DNA from: Lama guanicoe
Lineage: Eukaryota
Length of the DNA: 64,000 nucleotides
Direction: 5' to 3'
Assembly: GCA_013239625.1 (NCBI GenBank)
Contig: MU056000.1
Coordinates: 7,975,214-8,039,213 of the forward strand
The notes beneath the pieces were generated by a model. That model made no database searches. It saw only the letters and a program-made list of their open reading frames with translations, and was not told the origin of the DNA. Numbering within the stretch: the stretch's first letter is position 1; the number at the start of each line of letters is the position of its first letter. A program made the translations under genes and the position numbers. Below, piece after piece: positions 62,397 to 64,000 of the stretch.

Positions 62397-62836
62397 GCAG
62401 TTAGTTGAGCAGCACGCCCCCCTCAAACTCGTATCTATTAAGAAGCTCAGAATGTGGCCTTATTTGGAAATAGTGTCTTTGTTGATGTAATTACGGGAAG
62501 ATGAGTCCTTCTGGATTAGAGTGGACCCGAAATACAATGACAGGTGTCTTCATAAGAGGGCGGGAGACACAGAGACAGAGAGGAAGGCCACGCGAAGATG
62601 GAGAAAGAGACTGAAGCGGTGCAGCCGCAGCCAAGGAGCGGCTGGACCAGCACAAGGTGGAGTGGGCAAGGACGGGTCCTCCTCCCCCCGATCCGCAGAG
62701 GGAGCCGGCCCTGCCCACACCGTGATGTTCAGACTTCTGGCGTTCACCTTCACTGTAAGAGGATACATCTGTGTCGGCTTAAGTCACCCGGTTTGTGGCA
62801 ATCTGCATGGTAGGGCAGCCCTAGGGTATTAATATA
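62397..62836 (+). mobile_element. MaLR LTR (MLT1 family)
   Basis: CTCAGAATGTGGCCTTATTTGGAAATAG...GGCAGCCCTAGGG. Confidence 0.85.
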
Positions 62837-63599
62837 CTACCTGCATAATCTGTAAGTAAAACACCCGCGTGTGGGGGTGTAAGCTGACGTCTCTGGTTGG
62901 GGCGGGGGGGGGGTGACAGGATCATGCAGAGACAGCCGTGCTCACATCCCAGCCCAGCCAGCCTTGGGTGCTTCAAAGAGGCCCTGCCCCCTCATTTCTA
63001 GCCGTCTTTTATTTTTCACTGTTTTCTCTGCCTAGAAAGCTTTCTCTCCCATTTTTCCTTACATCAATATCAGCTATTGCTCAAGGTTCGTGCCAACCAC
63101 CCAGTTTCTCCTTCCTATAACTTTAAAGCTCCTTCAGGAATGAGGCTGACTTCACGCCATCATCACGCCTGCAGCACTCACCATAGAACAGTCCACAGAA
63201 AAGTCACCTAGAACACAGGTGCCTTCAGACAGACCCAGAAGGAGGAGTTTAAAGGAACGAAAGCTACCGGGCTCCGACCTGGGTCGGCTCTGGCCGCATC
63301 TTGATAAAACCTGGCCGAGGACACACATGGAGGCCTTTCCTGGTCCCACGTGGCAGGAGCAGTGAGTTACAGAAGTCGTCCTGGGTAATAAAACTGGGGC
63401 ACAGAGAAGCCTTCTGAACTCTCACATAATGGAATCACCTAACAAGAAGTGAATGCACAGCCTCTCACTGAAATTAAAAGGAAACTAAAAATTCAAGGCA
63501 AGGGGAGTTAATTCATAGCTTTGCAGAAGTCACATGTGAAAAGCCATGGCATTCTGATTGTCCAGTTAATAGTGGTATTAATATTTACAATAGTTAGAA

Positions 63600-63790
63600 A
63601 CACAGGATTAGAAGTTGGTTTTTAGTTCTCTCACCCTCAGCTTCCCCATGTGTAAAATGGGGACCATAAACAGTCCTGGCAGACGAATCTAGGCAGGACT
63701 GAATTAAATAATGTATATGAAAGGATTAACACTGAGCATGGAAAATGCATTACTCAATTCATTTTAATGAGCACTGTTATCATCATTGCT
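63600..63790 (+). mobile_element. MIR SINE
   Basis: CCTCAGCTTCCCCATGTGTAAAATGGGGACCATAA...AGGACTGAATTAAATAATGTATATGAAAG. Confidence 0.75.
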
Positions 63791-64000
63791 GTTACAAACA
63801 TCTTCTCATCTTGCTGTCAGGAAAACCTACTCTGACCCCAGGTTGCCCCAAGGTAGCCTTGTTCCCTCCCTGCACTTCTGATGATTTGGACGGACAGGAC
63901 GGGGAGGGAAACTGGCCACAGCAGGACTCCCAGAGGAGAGCAGGGAAGGAGGGCAGCTGGCACAGGAGCAGGAGGCCCGGCGCTCAGGGAAGAGTGGCAC

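Noticed and set aside
1..64000. CRISPR array, operon or other prokaryote-type system
   Set aside because: No regularly spaced repeat-spacer array or dense coding structure; the sequence is mammalian and repeat-rich.

Overview
Mammalian genomic DNA, very probably a camelid (alpaca/llama/camel), judged from a tRNA-Ala-derived vic-1-type SINE at 53.2 kb. Most of the window is non-coding and rich in transposable-element relics: L1 3' ends with target-site duplications (TSDs), L2, MIR, MaLR/ERV LTRs, and hAT and Tigger DNA transposons. I could not identify any protein-coding gene by name. Almost all ORFs in the track are explained by repeats, the N-gap or chance. The best gene-like signal is a candidate plus-strand terminal exon and 3'UTR at about 1.8-2.7 kb, inside a ~2.07 kb near-identical tandem duplication next to an assembly gap. 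The clearest curiosities are: a U6 snRNA/L1 chimeric retrocopy inside an MLT1 LTR; a 68-bp templated copy of an LTR-flank junction; a perfect 24-bp fold-back inside a young L1; a short interstitial telomeric array; and an unexplained TAATTA-rich palindrome. I found no evidence I can defend for a new biological system. Repeat family names come from recalled consensus sequences, not a database search, and boundaries of old repeats are approximate.
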